Assembly: GCA_965207225.1 (NCBI GenBank)
Contig: CBDBLV010000002.1
Span: 32,001 to 96,000 of the forward strand
Source of the DNA: Dehalococcoidia bacterium
Lineage (GTDB): Bacteria; Chloroflexota; Dehalococcoidia; Plut-88900
Direction of reading: 5' to 3'
DNA length: 64,000 nt
Shown: piece by piece, positions 30,589 to 39,820 of the stretch
How the letters are laid out: the number at the start of each line of letters is the position of its first letter
Position numbering within the stretch: the first letter of the stretch is position 1
Notes under the pieces: model-generated
Databases searched by the model: none
The model's input: only the letters and a program-made list of their open reading frames with translations
What the model was told of the DNA's origin: nothing
Translations under genes and position numbers: made by a program

Positions 30589-30731
30589 TTCACTATTCTC
30601 GTAGCTGGATTTAGCATCGGAAGTATAGCATTGAGCGCCTGCGACTCCAGGGTGCGCCTGTGCAAGGGATATCGACAACGTATAAAGTATGGCGCACAGT
30701 CCGAGTCGATGGATAAGGAATCTTTTGAGGC

Positions 30732-31751
30732 ATGGTATTCAAGAGTTTTTTGAGATTGGGCGCGGTGACGGCGATTGTTGCGTTGGCTAGCGCGGGGTGC
30801 CTGCCACAAGCGGCCACCCCCACGCCACTGCCTATAGTGATTCCCGGGGAGACGCCGCCAATGGTAATGAAGCTGGACCTGGAGGTGCTGGCTCCGACAC
30901 ACCTGGAATCGGACGGGGAGAGCGTGTGGGTGTCAAGTGTCGGGACGCCGGGCCAGTTGAATACTACAGTTCAGAGATTCGGGCTGGATGGGACGGAGCT
31001 GGTCAGCTTTGATATTGGGAGTACGCCCGGGCCGATCCTGTTCGACGGTGAGAACATATGGGTGGCTGAACTGGGGACGCCAAATGAGCCGGGAAGTTCG
31101 GTATTCAAGCTGTCGGGGGAGGGGGTGGAGTTGGGTGCCTACGAGGCGGGCATTGTGCCCTTTGCAATGACTTTTGACGGGGAATCTTTATGGGTGGTGA
31201 ACCCTACCGAGGACACCGTGACGAAGATATCTACTTCTGGGCAGAAATTGGGAAGCTTCGGGGTGGGGGATGGGCCGTCGGCGGTTGGGTTCGACGGGGT
31301 GCACGTGTGGGTTACGAATATGGGGTCTCCGGAGTCGGAGGGGAACACGGTGCAGAAGTTGGATGGGGATGGGCGAATAGTGGCGGAGTACGAGGTCGGG
31401 CTCAGGCCGATAGCGATGGCCTTCGATGGAAGCAGCATGTGGATAGCCAACAGCGGGCCATTGGAGGACGACCAAGCGGACTCGGTGACCCGGTTGGGCT
31501 TGGACGGGCGACGATTGGGGGAATTCAGGGTCGGGAACGGGCCGGTGGACATCCTGTACGACGGGGAAAGTATCTGGGTAGCTAATGCGGGGAGCAACAA
31601 CGTTATGAGACTTTCCACCTCGGGCCTGACACTGGGGGTTTTCGACGTGGAGTCAGGGCCGGTGTCGCTGGCGCTTGACGGCAAAGACGTGTGGGTGGCG
31701 AGCCTGGAGGGGAATACGCTTTCGAAGATTGTGTTGCCGGGTGGGGGGTAG
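30732..31751 (+). CDS. YncE/NHL-like beta-propeller lipoprotein
   Basis: Lipobox SAGC; about seven repeats of P..xxFDGxxxWVxN. Confidence 0.75.
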   Translation: MVFKSFLRLGAVTAIVALASAGCLPQAATPTPLPIVIPGETPPMVMKLDLEVLAPTHLESDGESVWVSSVGTPGQLNTTVQRFGLDGTELVSFDIGSTPGPILFDGENIWVAELGTPNEPGSSVFKLSGEGVELGAYEAGIVPFAMTFDGESLWVVNPTEDTVTKISTSGQKLGSFGVGDGPSAVGFDGVHVWVTNMGSPESEGNTVQKLDGDGRIVAEYEVGLRPIAMAFDGSSMWIANSGPLEDDQADSVTRLGLDGRRLGEFRVGNGPVDILYDGESIWVANAGSNNVMRLSTSGLTLGVFDVESGPVSLALDGKDVWVASLEGNTLSKIVLPGGG

Positions 31752-31812
31752 GGGGTTGCTGAACGGTTGAAACACTGGAAAAGGCCCTGATGGATGCTAA
31801 AGAGGACATTTT

Positions 31813-32040
31813 ATGGATAGGCGAATAACACTGTCTGCAAGGGCTGAGGCACGTCTTGCGATACTGGCGTCCAAAGCAGGAAGAACAAAAGACTCCTGCC
31901 TGAGGGAGATCATTGAGCGCGGGTTAGAGGACGCAGAGGGCTACTATCTTGCGGCGGAAGTATTGAAAGGCGTGAGAGAGGGTAGGGTACGGGTATATTC
32001 TTCAGCTGAGGTTAAGCGCCATCTTGGGTTGGAAGATTGA
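31813..32040 (+). CDS. RelB/TraY-type RHH antitoxin (orphan)
   Basis: RL..LA..GRTK...REIIERGLED.E.YYLA..V pattern ending LGLED. Confidence 0.75.
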   Translation: MDRRITLSARAEARLAILASKAGRTKDSCLREIIERGLEDAEGYYLAAEVLKGVREGRVRVYSSAEVKRHLGLED

Positions 32041-32047
32041 AACCTGA
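32024..32047 (+). pseudogene. Stub of a RelE-type toxin (MGWKIET*)
   Basis: TTG start overlapping the antitoxin end gives the M(A/G)WKIE N-terminus typical of the cognate toxin, then a stop after 7 codons. Confidence 0.5.
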
Positions 32048-32097
32048 GGACGGATCAGGGGTAGCATCAGCAGGTGGTTGACGAAGAATCGTGAGCA

Positions 32098-32129
32098 GGA
32101 AGCTTTGCACCTCGGTGTGCAAAGCTTCC
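32098..32129. terminator. Perfect 13-bp hairpin between convergent genes
   Basis: GGAAGCTTTGCAC-CTCGGT-GTGCAAAGCTTCC. Confidence 0.6.
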
Positions 32130-32169
32130 GGAATCACCCTCACCCTCGACGGGGGAGGAGATTAGGCAA

Positions 32170-33339
32170 TTAGATGCCCCTGTCGGCGACTAGTTTGTGA
32201 TAGCCGTACTGGGTGGTGAGGGGCCTGGTGAAGCGGTCGGGTTTGAGTTGTTCGATGTCGGTGGGGAGGGGACGGTCGAAGACTAGGTCGGCGATTATCT
32301 TGCCGAGATAGGCGCTGCAGAGGATGCCGGGGAGGGTGACGGCGGCGTAGAGGCCCGACCACCCGGGAATTTCACCTAGGACGGTTATGCCATCGGCGGG
32401 ATTGGGTCGGGGGCCGGCGAGGTGTTCGACCAACTTCGCATCTTCAATGAAGGGCATCATGCGGGAGGCGCGTTCCAGGATTCCCTGCCGGGCCTCGGCG
32501 GTGGGGATGTTGTCGAACTTGTCTGGCTCGGCCGTAGTGCCGGCGTATATCAGGCCGTTGGCCCTACGGTGCAGATAAATGGGCAACTCTTCGCCGCCCG
32601 AGGTCTCGTAGCTGGCGACCCAGTAGGGCCAGTAGTCCTCGTCATCCTTGCGGAGGGTGAGGATTTCGCCCTTCATGGCGCCAACTTCTATAGGAAACTC
32701 CGTCCACTCTTTTGCCTTGCCGGTCCATGCACCCATGGCTAGGACAGCTCCATCGCATTCTACGGTACCGACGGAGGACTCGACGCCGGTGACCTTGCCA
32801 CCTGACTGGACTATTCCAGTTGCTTCGCCGATTACTACCTCCGCGCCGCGATTCTCGGCGGCCTTGGCATAGGCGAGGGTGGTGCGGTAAGCGTCGAGCT
32901 GGCCTGCAGCTTCTTCGAGCATACCACCAAGGATGGGGTCGGCCAGGCGGGGCTCTATGCGACGGATGTCGTCAGCGGTGAGCATGGCCTGGCCGGAGGT
33001 CGGGCCCCATTCCTGCATGTATTCCCAAGTGGGCTGGCTGCGGGCGACCTCCATCCAGGGCATCTCCCGCATCATGATGTCGATGCCGGCCTGCTCGGCG
33101 ACGTCAGGTATGACATACTTGAGGAACCGGACTGCCCGACGCATGAAGTCGGCGTGGAAGGGAGGCTCGATCCAATGGAGGGGAACGCCAAAGGCCCCTG
33201 CCCCGTGGCCCGAGGCGCCGCTGCCCAGGGCATCGCGCTCCAGGATGATGACTTTGGCACTGGCCTCGGCGAGGAAATGTGCGCAGGACGCGCCTACGAT
33301 TCCTCCGCCGATTACTACTATGTCCGCTTTGTGTCGCAA
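32170..33339 (-). CDS. DAO-family FAD-dependent oxidoreductase (glycine oxidase/ThiO-like), copy 1
   Basis: IGGGIVG, GASGHGAG, AMGAWT and AGPRP motifs. Confidence 0.88.
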   Translation of the reverse strand: MRHKADIVVIGGGIVGASCAHFLAEASAKVIILERDALGSGASGHGAGAFGVPLHWIEPPFHADFMRRAVRFLKYVIPDVAEQAGIDIMMREMPWMEVARSQPTWEYMQEWGPTSGQAMLTADDIRRIEPRLADPILGGMLEEAAGQLDAYRTTLAYAKAAENRGAEVVIGEATGIVQSGGKVTGVESSVGTVECDGAVLAMGAWTGKAKEWTEFPIEVGAMKGEILTLRKDDEDYWPYWVASYETSGGEELPIYLHRRANGLIYAGTTAEPDKFDNIPTAEARQGILERASRMMPFIEDAKLVEHLAGPRPNPADGITVLGEIPGWSGLYAAVTLPGILCSAYLGKIIADLVFDRPLPTDIEQLKPDRFTRPLTTQYGYHKLVADRGI

Positions 33340-33516
33340 TTTGGGCTCCTTGTTGATTGCGGTCTGATTTTTTTGACCCTTATTCCTGCGTTATTCCAGC
33401 ATTTAATTTTGGGGATTATATACCTGTATACCACTAAACTAACGACAGGCGGGCCGATAGGGCTGGGTTTTGCAAGCCGGGACAAAACGCAACCGATTAG
33501 TCCTCTCCCATGACGC

Positions 33517-33762
33517 TTAATCTACCTCTTGGACTCCATGGATAAACGGGGAGGCCATCAGTATCCTCACGTCCTCGTTGGTAAGGAGCATATCGGGGTA
33601 GTCATAGACAAACCCGGTTGCCATCAAAGCATTCCAATCACAGGAGTCCAGATCTTCATTGCAGCATGGCGGATGTGGCAAGGCAAGAGTGTAGCCTATT
33701 TGATGGGCAAAGCCACCAAGATAGCCCCATTTGTCCCGATCATGCCCACATAGAATAGTCCG
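33517..33762 (-). pseudogene. Decayed C-terminal fragment of a zinc-metallopeptidase-like domain
   Basis: Start-less frame reads GGFAHQIGYTLALPHPPCC..LM..YDYPDMLL..SPF, resembling an HExGHxxGLPHP motif with the catalytic residues lost. Confidence 0.4.
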
Positions 33763-33849
33763 TCAACGAGGGCCTCTGGATCCGAAGTGTGGAGAATGGT
33801 CACTCCGACCCCCGCGCCCCAACCCCAACTGCATGGAGACGTTTAGGGT

Positions 33850-35022
33850 TTAGATTCCTCTGTTGGCGGCCAGTTTATGGTAGCCGTACTGGGTTGTGTG
33901 AGGTTTGGTGAAGCGGTCGGGTTTGAGTTGCTCTATGTCGCAGGGAAGTGGACGGTCGAATACTAGGTCGGCGATTATTTTACCCAGGTAGGCGCTGCAG
34001 AGGATGCCAGGCAGGGTGACGGCCGCGAACAATCCTTGCCAGCCAGGGACAGCACCGAGAACGGTGATGCCGTCGGAGGGGTTGGGGCGGGGGCCCGCCA
34101 GGTGCTCCACAAGCTCTGCGTCTTCTATGCAGGGCATCATGCGGGAAACGCGCCCGAGGATGGCCTGGCGGCCCTCGGCGGTGGGTATGTTGTCGAACTT
34201 GCCGGGCTCTATGGTGGCGCCGGCATAGATGAGGCCGTTGGCTCGGCGGTGCAGGTGGACGGGGAGCTCTTCCCCGTCTTCGGAGGTCTCGAAACTGGCG
34301 ACCCAATAAGGCCAATAGTCTTCATCATCTTTGCGAAGGGTGAGGAGGTCGCCCTTCATACCATCAATTTCAAGGGGGAAACCGGTCCACTCCTTGGCCT
34401 TGCCGGTCCAGGCACCCATGGCAAGGACTGCACCATCACACTCTATGGTTCCCACAGAGGACTCTACTCCGGTAATTCTGCCTCCACTTTGAGAAAGGCC
34501 GATGGCTTCGCCTATGACGACCTCTGCGCCACGGTTCTCGGCGACCTTGGCGTAGGCGAGAGTGGTCCGGTAGGCGTCGAGCTGTCCGGCGCCCTCCTCC
34601 AGTATTCCTCCAAGTATGGGTTCGGCGATGCGGGGTTCGATGCGGTGAATGTCTTCAGGCGTGACCATGACATGGCCGGATTTAGGGCCCTGTTCGAGCA
34701 TGTAGTCCCAGGTGGGCTGGGTTCGTGCGACCTCCAGCCAGGGCATCTCCCGCATCATGATATCGATGCCTGCCTGTTCAGCTATGTCGGGAACGATGTA
34801 TTTGAGGAACCGGACGGAGCGGCGCATGAAATCGGCGTGGAACTGGGGCTCGACGTAGTGAAGAGGGAGAGTGAAGGCTCCGGCCCCGTGACCCGAGGCC
34901 CCGCTGCCGAGGGCGTCGCGCTCCAGGACGATGACCTTGGCGCCCGCCTCGGTGAGGAAGTAGGCGCAGGCTGTGCCTACGATGCCGCCGCCGATTACTA
35001 CGATGTCTGCTTTATGCGGCAA
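33850..35022 (-). CDS. DAO-family FAD-dependent oxidoreductase, copy 2
   Basis: Colinear close paralog of 32170-33339 with the same AAGGAGCCCAAA-TTG start context. Confidence 0.88.
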   Translation of the reverse strand: MPHKADIVVIGGGIVGTACAYFLTEAGAKVIVLERDALGSGASGHGAGAFTLPLHYVEPQFHADFMRRSVRFLKYIVPDIAEQAGIDIMMREMPWLEVARTQPTWDYMLEQGPKSGHVMVTPEDIHRIEPRIAEPILGGILEEGAGQLDAYRTTLAYAKVAENRGAEVVIGEAIGLSQSGGRITGVESSVGTIECDGAVLAMGAWTGKAKEWTGFPLEIDGMKGDLLTLRKDDEDYWPYWVASFETSEDGEELPVHLHRRANGLIYAGATIEPGKFDNIPTAEGRQAILGRVSRMMPCIEDAELVEHLAGPRPNPSDGITVLGAVPGWQGLFAAVTLPGILCSAYLGKIIADLVFDRPLPCDIEQLKPDRFTKPHTTQYGYHKLAANRGI

Positions 35023-35058
35023 TTTGGGCTCCTTTTGTGTGAGCGGTCAGCTATTGTT

Positions 35059-35194
35059 CACCCTCACCCCAACCCTCTCCCATCAAGTAAGAGGGGTAGG
35101 CTCTCCCCACCCATTCCGTTCTCGAGGCTCTTCGACTCGGCCCAGGGAGAGCGGAATGCCATGCCCCAGATTCCTCGCGGGGCATCGGAATGAC
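35059..35194. repeat. Composite REP-like cluster (CACCCTCACCC-type, family B and family A)
   Basis: CACCCTCACCC also occurs near 14633 and 32135; 35131-35160 resembles 6551-6574; 35163-35194 is identical to 6602-6633. Confidence 0.7.
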
Positions 35195-35202
35195 ATCGGA
35201 AG

Positions 35203-36360
35203 TTATACCGAGAGGGAGTAGAGTTTGGCGCAGTTGTCCCACATCACTTTCTTTTTGGCTTCTTCGCTGAGGGGGAGCTTCAGGAAGCTGTCGGTGGCGA
35301 AGGGGTAGATGGAGTCGGGGTGGGGGTAGTCGGTGGAGAAGACGAAGTTGTCGGTGCCGACCCAGTCTATGGCGTACTTGGAGGGTTCCTCGTCTGGGTC
35401 TATGACTGCATAGCACTGGCGCTTGAAATACTCGCTGGGGGCCATAGAGAGGTATTTGGAGGCCTGCTCCTGACGGTGTTCGTAGTGCTCGTCCATGCGC
35501 CAGAGCCAGAAGGGAAGCCAACCGGCGTTACATTCCAGGTGCGCAACCCTGATCCCGGGGAACTTCTCCAGGACGCCGCCGGCGCACATGCAGAGGGCAG
35601 CGTACATCTGCTCAACGGGGTGGCAGGCTACGTGGCCCATGGTCCAGATGCGGTCGGGTTCGTCGTAGAAGCGGTCGGCGATGGCCTGGGGGAGATTACA
35701 CTTGAAGGTCTCGTGGAAGGTGACAGCCATGTCCAGCTCCTGGCAGACGGCCCAGAGCCTGTCATACTCGTCGCTGTGCCAGTTGCGGCCCCTGATGGGG
35801 TTGGGGTGGAGGTAGATGCCGACGAAATCCAGCTCCTCGCGGGTACGGCGGATCTCGGCGACGGCGTTGTCGATGTTGGAGACGAGGATCATGGCGATGC
35901 CCTTGAGCCGGGAGGGACTTTCGGAGCAGAAGTCGGCGAGCCAGTTGTTGTAGGCCTTGGCTACGGCGTCCGCGAAGGGTTCATCTTCGTAGTCAACGCC
36001 AGCGACGACCATGCCCCGGGATGGATACAGGTTGGCAACATCAAGCCCCTCGACCTCCATGGCGTTGACCTGGGAGACGGGGTCGAAGCGGCTGTCTATG
36101 GCCTCCTGCATGTATTTGTTGCTGCGGGAGTGGGAGATGTTGAGTCGGGCTTTTTCCTCCTCATGCTCAAGGTGTTTCTGGTTGGAGAGGAAAGCGCCTA
36201 GGATGTCCCCTTCGATGGTGGTGTTCATATCGACGGGATCTTTGCTGGTGCCGACGGGCGCCCGGTCCTTGTAGACGGGATCGATGTAGTTTAGCCAGAG
36301 GTCCCAAGGCTCGTGGGTGTGCATGTCACTGTCCATGACTTTGAAACCGTTCTTTGCCAT
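35203..36360 (-). CDS. Amidohydrolase family 2 protein, copy 1
   Basis: DSDMH, YNNWLADFC, FHE, LECNAGW and FSTDYPH motifs. Confidence 0.9.
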   Translation of the reverse strand: MAKNGFKVMDSDMHTHEPWDLWLNYIDPVYKDRAPVGTSKDPVDMNTTIEGDILGAFLSNQKHLEHEEEKARLNISHSRSNKYMQEAIDSRFDPVSQVNAMEVEGLDVANLYPSRGMVVAGVDYEDEPFADAVAKAYNNWLADFCSESPSRLKGIAMILVSNIDNAVAEIRRTREELDFVGIYLHPNPIRGRNWHSDEYDRLWAVCQELDMAVTFHETFKCNLPQAIADRFYDEPDRIWTMGHVACHPVEQMYAALCMCAGGVLEKFPGIRVAHLECNAGWLPFWLWRMDEHYEHRQEQASKYLSMAPSEYFKRQCYAVIDPDEEPSKYAIDWVGTDNFVFSTDYPHPDSIYPFATDSFLKLPLSEEAKKKVMWDNCAKLYSLSV

Positions 36361-36376
36361 TGGGGGCTCCTTTCAG

Positions 36377-37534
36377 CTAGTTGGCGATGCCATATAGCCT
36401 GGCGCAGTTGTCCCAGAGGACTTTCCTCTTGGACTCTTCAGATAAGGGGAGATTCAGAAATTCGTCGGTGGCGAAGGGGTATTTGCCGTCGGCGTGGGGG
36501 TAGTCGGTGGAGAAGACGAAATTGTCGTCGCCAATCCAGTCTACGGCGTACTTGGCGGGGCCTTCGTCAGGGTCGATTGCGAGGTAGCACTGGCGCTTGA
36601 AGGTCTCGCTGGGGAGCACCGACTGGTAGCGGGAGGCCTGTTCCTGGCGGTGCTCGTAGTGCTCGTCCATGCGCCAGAGCCAGAATGGGAGCCATCCGGT
36701 GTTGCATTCGAGGAAGGCGACGCGGAGTTCGGTATATTTGTCCAGGATGCCACCCGCGCAGAAGCAGAGGCAGGCGTACATCTGCTCAATGGGATGGCAG
36801 GCTACGTGTCCCATGGTCCAGATGTGGTCCGGTTCGTTATAGAAGCGGTCGGCGATGGCCTGGGGAAGGCTGCACTTGAAGGTCTCGTGGAAAGTTACAG
36901 GGACGTCGAGGTCCTGGCACTCCTGCCATAGCGGGTCGTAGACGGGGTTGTGCCAGTTGCGGCCCTGCACGGGATTCGGGTGTAGGTAGGCAGAGAGGAA
37001 GCCCATTTCGTTGTGGGTGCGTCGCACTTCGGTGACGGCCTCTTCAACGTCGGTGGCGAGCACCATGGCGGCGGCACGCATCTTGTTCGGGTCTTCGCTG
37101 CAGAAGTCGTGAATCCAATCGTTGTAGGCCCGGGCCACGGCGCCCGCGTACCGTCCGTCCTGGTAAGGCACACCTGCAACTGACATGCCTCGGGTGGGGA
37201 AGATAATGGCGAGGTCGAGCCCTTCGGTGTCCATGGCCTGAAGCTGGGACACGGGGTCGAAGCCCCGGTCTATGGCGGGCTTCAGGTACTTGTTCCCGTG
37301 CTCGGCCTCTACCTTGCGGCGGCTTGTTTCCTCTTCGTTGCTTTGGATGTCGGCATCAGCGAGAAAGGCAGCGATGGGCTTTCCCTGAATGGCCATGTTC
37401 ATGACCAACTGGTCTTTGGTCATTCCGACGGGCGCGAGGTCACGGTACTCGGGGTCGATGTTGTTCAGCCACACATCCCAGGTCTCGTTGACGTGCATGT
37501 CGCTGTCCATGACCTTGAAGCCGTTTTTGGTCAT
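36377..37534 (-). CDS. Amidohydrolase family 2 protein, copy 2
   Basis: Tandem paralog of 35203-36360; start at MTKNGFK. Confidence 0.9.
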   Translation of the reverse strand: MTKNGFKVMDSDMHVNETWDVWLNNIDPEYRDLAPVGMTKDQLVMNMAIQGKPIAAFLADADIQSNEEETSRRKVEAEHGNKYLKPAIDRGFDPVSQLQAMDTEGLDLAIIFPTRGMSVAGVPYQDGRYAGAVARAYNDWIHDFCSEDPNKMRAAAMVLATDVEEAVTEVRRTHNEMGFLSAYLHPNPVQGRNWHNPVYDPLWQECQDLDVPVTFHETFKCSLPQAIADRFYNEPDHIWTMGHVACHPIEQMYACLCFCAGGILDKYTELRVAFLECNTGWLPFWLWRMDEHYEHRQEQASRYQSVLPSETFKRQCYLAIDPDEGPAKYAVDWIGDDNFVFSTDYPHADGKYPFATDEFLNLPLSEESKRKVLWDNCARLYGIAN

Positions 37535-37657
37535 AGGTGAGTCCTTTCGGTGTGGTCGAGGTCTCGGGGGGCTGAATGGAGCCATGATACTCCGAGGGTT
37601 GGGAGGTAATCAAACCTGCGTCAAACGGTCGTTGACCGCCACCCGACGAATGCTAAA

Positions 37658-38032
37658 ATGAGCACAACGCCACAGCGGGAGAGCAGCCTGGAGACCCTCG
37701 AACAGGCAAGAAAAATCACCGAAATCGCTTCAGAGAGGCAGGCAGCCGATGTCCTGCTTCTGGACGTCGCCGAAATCTGCGGCTTCGCCGACTACTTCGT
37801 GATTATGAGCTCCCTCACCCCCCGCCACACCGAGGCCCTCCGCCAGGAAATAGAGTCGGGCCTCAAGGACTCCGACATGCCTATGCTTCACCGTGAAGGC
37901 TCTGCAGGTTCCGGCTGGGTCCTCCTTGACTACGGAGACATAGTCGTCCACATCTTCTCCGCCGCAGAGCGAGAGTATTACAGGCTGGAGAGCCTCTGGC
38001 AGCAGGGCAACACCATAGTCCGCATCCAGTAG
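37658..38032 (+). CDS. rsfS: Ribosome silencing factor
   Basis: ADYFVI and WVLLDYGDIVVHIF..REYYRLESLW motifs; the true start may be slightly downstream. Confidence 0.93.
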   Translation: MSTTPQRESSLETLEQARKITEIASERQAADVLLLDVAEICGFADYFVIMSSLTPRHTEALRQEIESGLKDSDMPMLHREGSAGSGWVLLDYGDIVVHIFSAAEREYYRLESLWQQGNTIVRIQ

Positions 38033-38039
38033 CCCTCCG

Positions 38040-38495
38040 CTACTCCAATATCCACGGCTCCACGTTTCGCTCGTAGTCGATTAGTTCCCCGTCCTCGAAG
38101 AACAGCGCCAGCTCCGACTCCGCGTTCTCCGACGAGTCCGACCCGTGCACCAAGTTCCGGCCAATGTCCAGCCCGAAGTCCCCGCGAATCGTCCCCGGAG
38201 CTGCCTTCTTGGGGTCCGTGACGCCCATCATATTCCGGACCACCTCCACAGCCTGAGGCCCTTCCAGCGCTATCGCCACTATCGGACTCGACGTTATGAA
38301 GTTCACCAGCCCCTCGAAGAACGGCTTCCCCTCGTGCACCCCGTAGTGCCGACCCGCCAGCGCCCGGTCCATGTGGACCATCTTCATCCCCACTATCTTC
38401 AACCCCTTCGCCTCGAACCGCGCAATCACCTGCCCGGATAGCCCCCTCTGAACGGCATCGGGCTTCAGCAATACCAGAGTTCTTTCAGTGCTCAT
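38040..38495 (-). CDS. ndk: Nucleoside diphosphate kinase
   Basis: ERTLVLLKPD, PGTIRGDF and NLVHGSDS motifs. Confidence 0.97.
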   Translation of the reverse strand: MSTERTLVLLKPDAVQRGLSGQVIARFEAKGLKIVGMKMVHMDRALAGRHYGVHEGKPFFEGLVNFITSSPIVAIALEGPQAVEVVRNMMGVTDPKKAAPGTIRGDFGLDIGRNLVHGSDSSENAESELALFFEDGELIDYERNVEPWILE

Positions 38496-38602
38496 ACATT
38501 CGACGCGCCGCCCGAAGTCGACGCAGTCCTCCTTTTCAGTGGTTTACCTCTCGAATTTTGGTCATCGTAGTTACAGCCGGGCTTATGTTAGCAGACGGGC
38601 CC

Positions 38603-39292
38603 TCATCCCCCTGGCGGCCGAGTCGACTTCGTGATCGACGGCCGGCGTATATACAGCGGTTGCAGCGTCACCGGGTCATCAGCCTCTCCGCCTCCGATCT
38701 TCCGGATGCCTATCTCACCCATAGCCACAACCCGGGACGCTCGCCCCACCCCCGCGGGTACCAACCCCCGCCCCCCTAGCCTTTCCCTTATCTCCGACTC
38801 CATCTCGTCCGTTATCGGCCCACAGAAAATCGTCGCCTCACGAACGGAGTCGGCCAGGTCCTCGATAGTGGTCAGGTGCTCATCAACCGTCTTTTCCATC
38901 TCAGACCCATTCGCCCCGTACATCGCCGCCGCCACCTCCCCCCTCCCCACCGGCATCAGGGCGCAGACCGGCGCCCCCAGCCCCATCATCGGGTACGCAA
39001 CAGCATCCAGCGTGTGCACGGCGACCAGCGGCGCACCGGTGCCCACGGCCAATCCCTTGGCCGTAGTCATCCCCACCCTCAGCCCAGAGAAGCCGCCCGG
39101 ACCCAGGCTAACCACGATGCCCCCCAGGTCGTTCAAGGCTATGCCAGCCTTGTCCAGGAGGTGTCGGATGGCTGGCACCAGTTCCTTCGTATGGTTTTGC
39201 CGCGTGCGCCAGTGGAATTGACCGGCCACCCCCGCATCATCCATCAAAGCTACACCCAGGTCCCTCGTCGCCGTGTCAACTACCAGGTACAA
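38603..39292 (-). CDS. tsaB: t6A biosynthesis protein TsaB
   Basis: DTAT, GPGGFSGLRVG and PLYIRRP motifs. Confidence 0.92.
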   Translation of the reverse strand: MYLVVDTATRDLGVALMDDAGVAGQFHWRTRQNHTKELVPAIRHLLDKAGIALNDLGGIVVSLGPGGFSGLRVGMTTAKGLAVGTGAPLVAVHTLDAVAYPMMGLGAPVCALMPVGRGEVAAAMYGANGSEMEKTVDEHLTTIEDLADSVREATIFCGPITDEMESEIRERLGGRGLVPAGVGRASRVVAMGEIGIRKIGGGEADDPVTLQPLYIRRPSITKSTRPPGG

Positions 39293-39820
39293 CTACGCCT
39301 CCCTGCATGGATGGTTGTCCTGATCGACTGCTTCCCTCAACTTCCCAAGCAGCGCCTCGTGCTTGTGACCACCGGCACTCAACTCTACAACCCGCTCCTC
39401 CGCACCCGTGACGCTGAAGACTACTCTCAGGTGATCTTCCGGGAATATGGAATCTGCCTTCTCTGCCCACTCAACTACGCATACCCCGCCATTGCCGTAT
39501 GTTTCGTCCAGTCCCAAGTCTTCGGCCTCCAGAGGGTCGTCGACCCGATACAGATCGGCGTGAAAAAGGGTGTGCCTCCCCTCGTATTCGGAGACCAGCA
39601 CGAAGGTCGGGCTGCGGGCATGCTCGTTGACACCCAGGCCCCAAGCTATCCCCTGGGTCATGCATGTCTTCCCTGCCCCCAGGTCGCCCGACATGAGTAC
39701 CAGTTCGCCTCCCCCCATCACCTCCCCAAGCCGTCGACCCAGCGCCTGCGTTTCTTCCGGCCCATGTGTCGTAATTATCAATTTCTTTAAGTCGCTCACC
39801 GGCTCGAAAAATGCTCCCAT
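39293..39820 (-). CDS. tsaE: t6A biosynthesis ATPase TsaE (start uncertain)
   Basis: GDLGAGKT, SPTF, HADLYR and VEWAE motifs. Confidence 0.93.
   Translation of the reverse strand: MGAFFEPVSDLKKLIITTHGPEETQALGRRLGEVMGGGELVLMSGDLGAGKTCMTQGIAWGLGVNEHARSPTFVLVSEYEGRHTLFHADLYRVDDPLEAEDLGLDETYGNGGVCVVEWAEKADSIFPEDHLRVVFSVTGAEERVVELSAGGHKHEALLGKLREAVDQDNHPCREA

Noticed and set aside
33529-33753. 74-aa plus-strand ORF between the oxidoreductases
   Set aside because: No RBS or motif; the opposite strand explains the sequence better as a pseudogene.
6602-35194. Identical 32-bp repeats as a possible CRISPR array
   Set aside because: They are dispersed single copies with no regular spacers and no cas genes.
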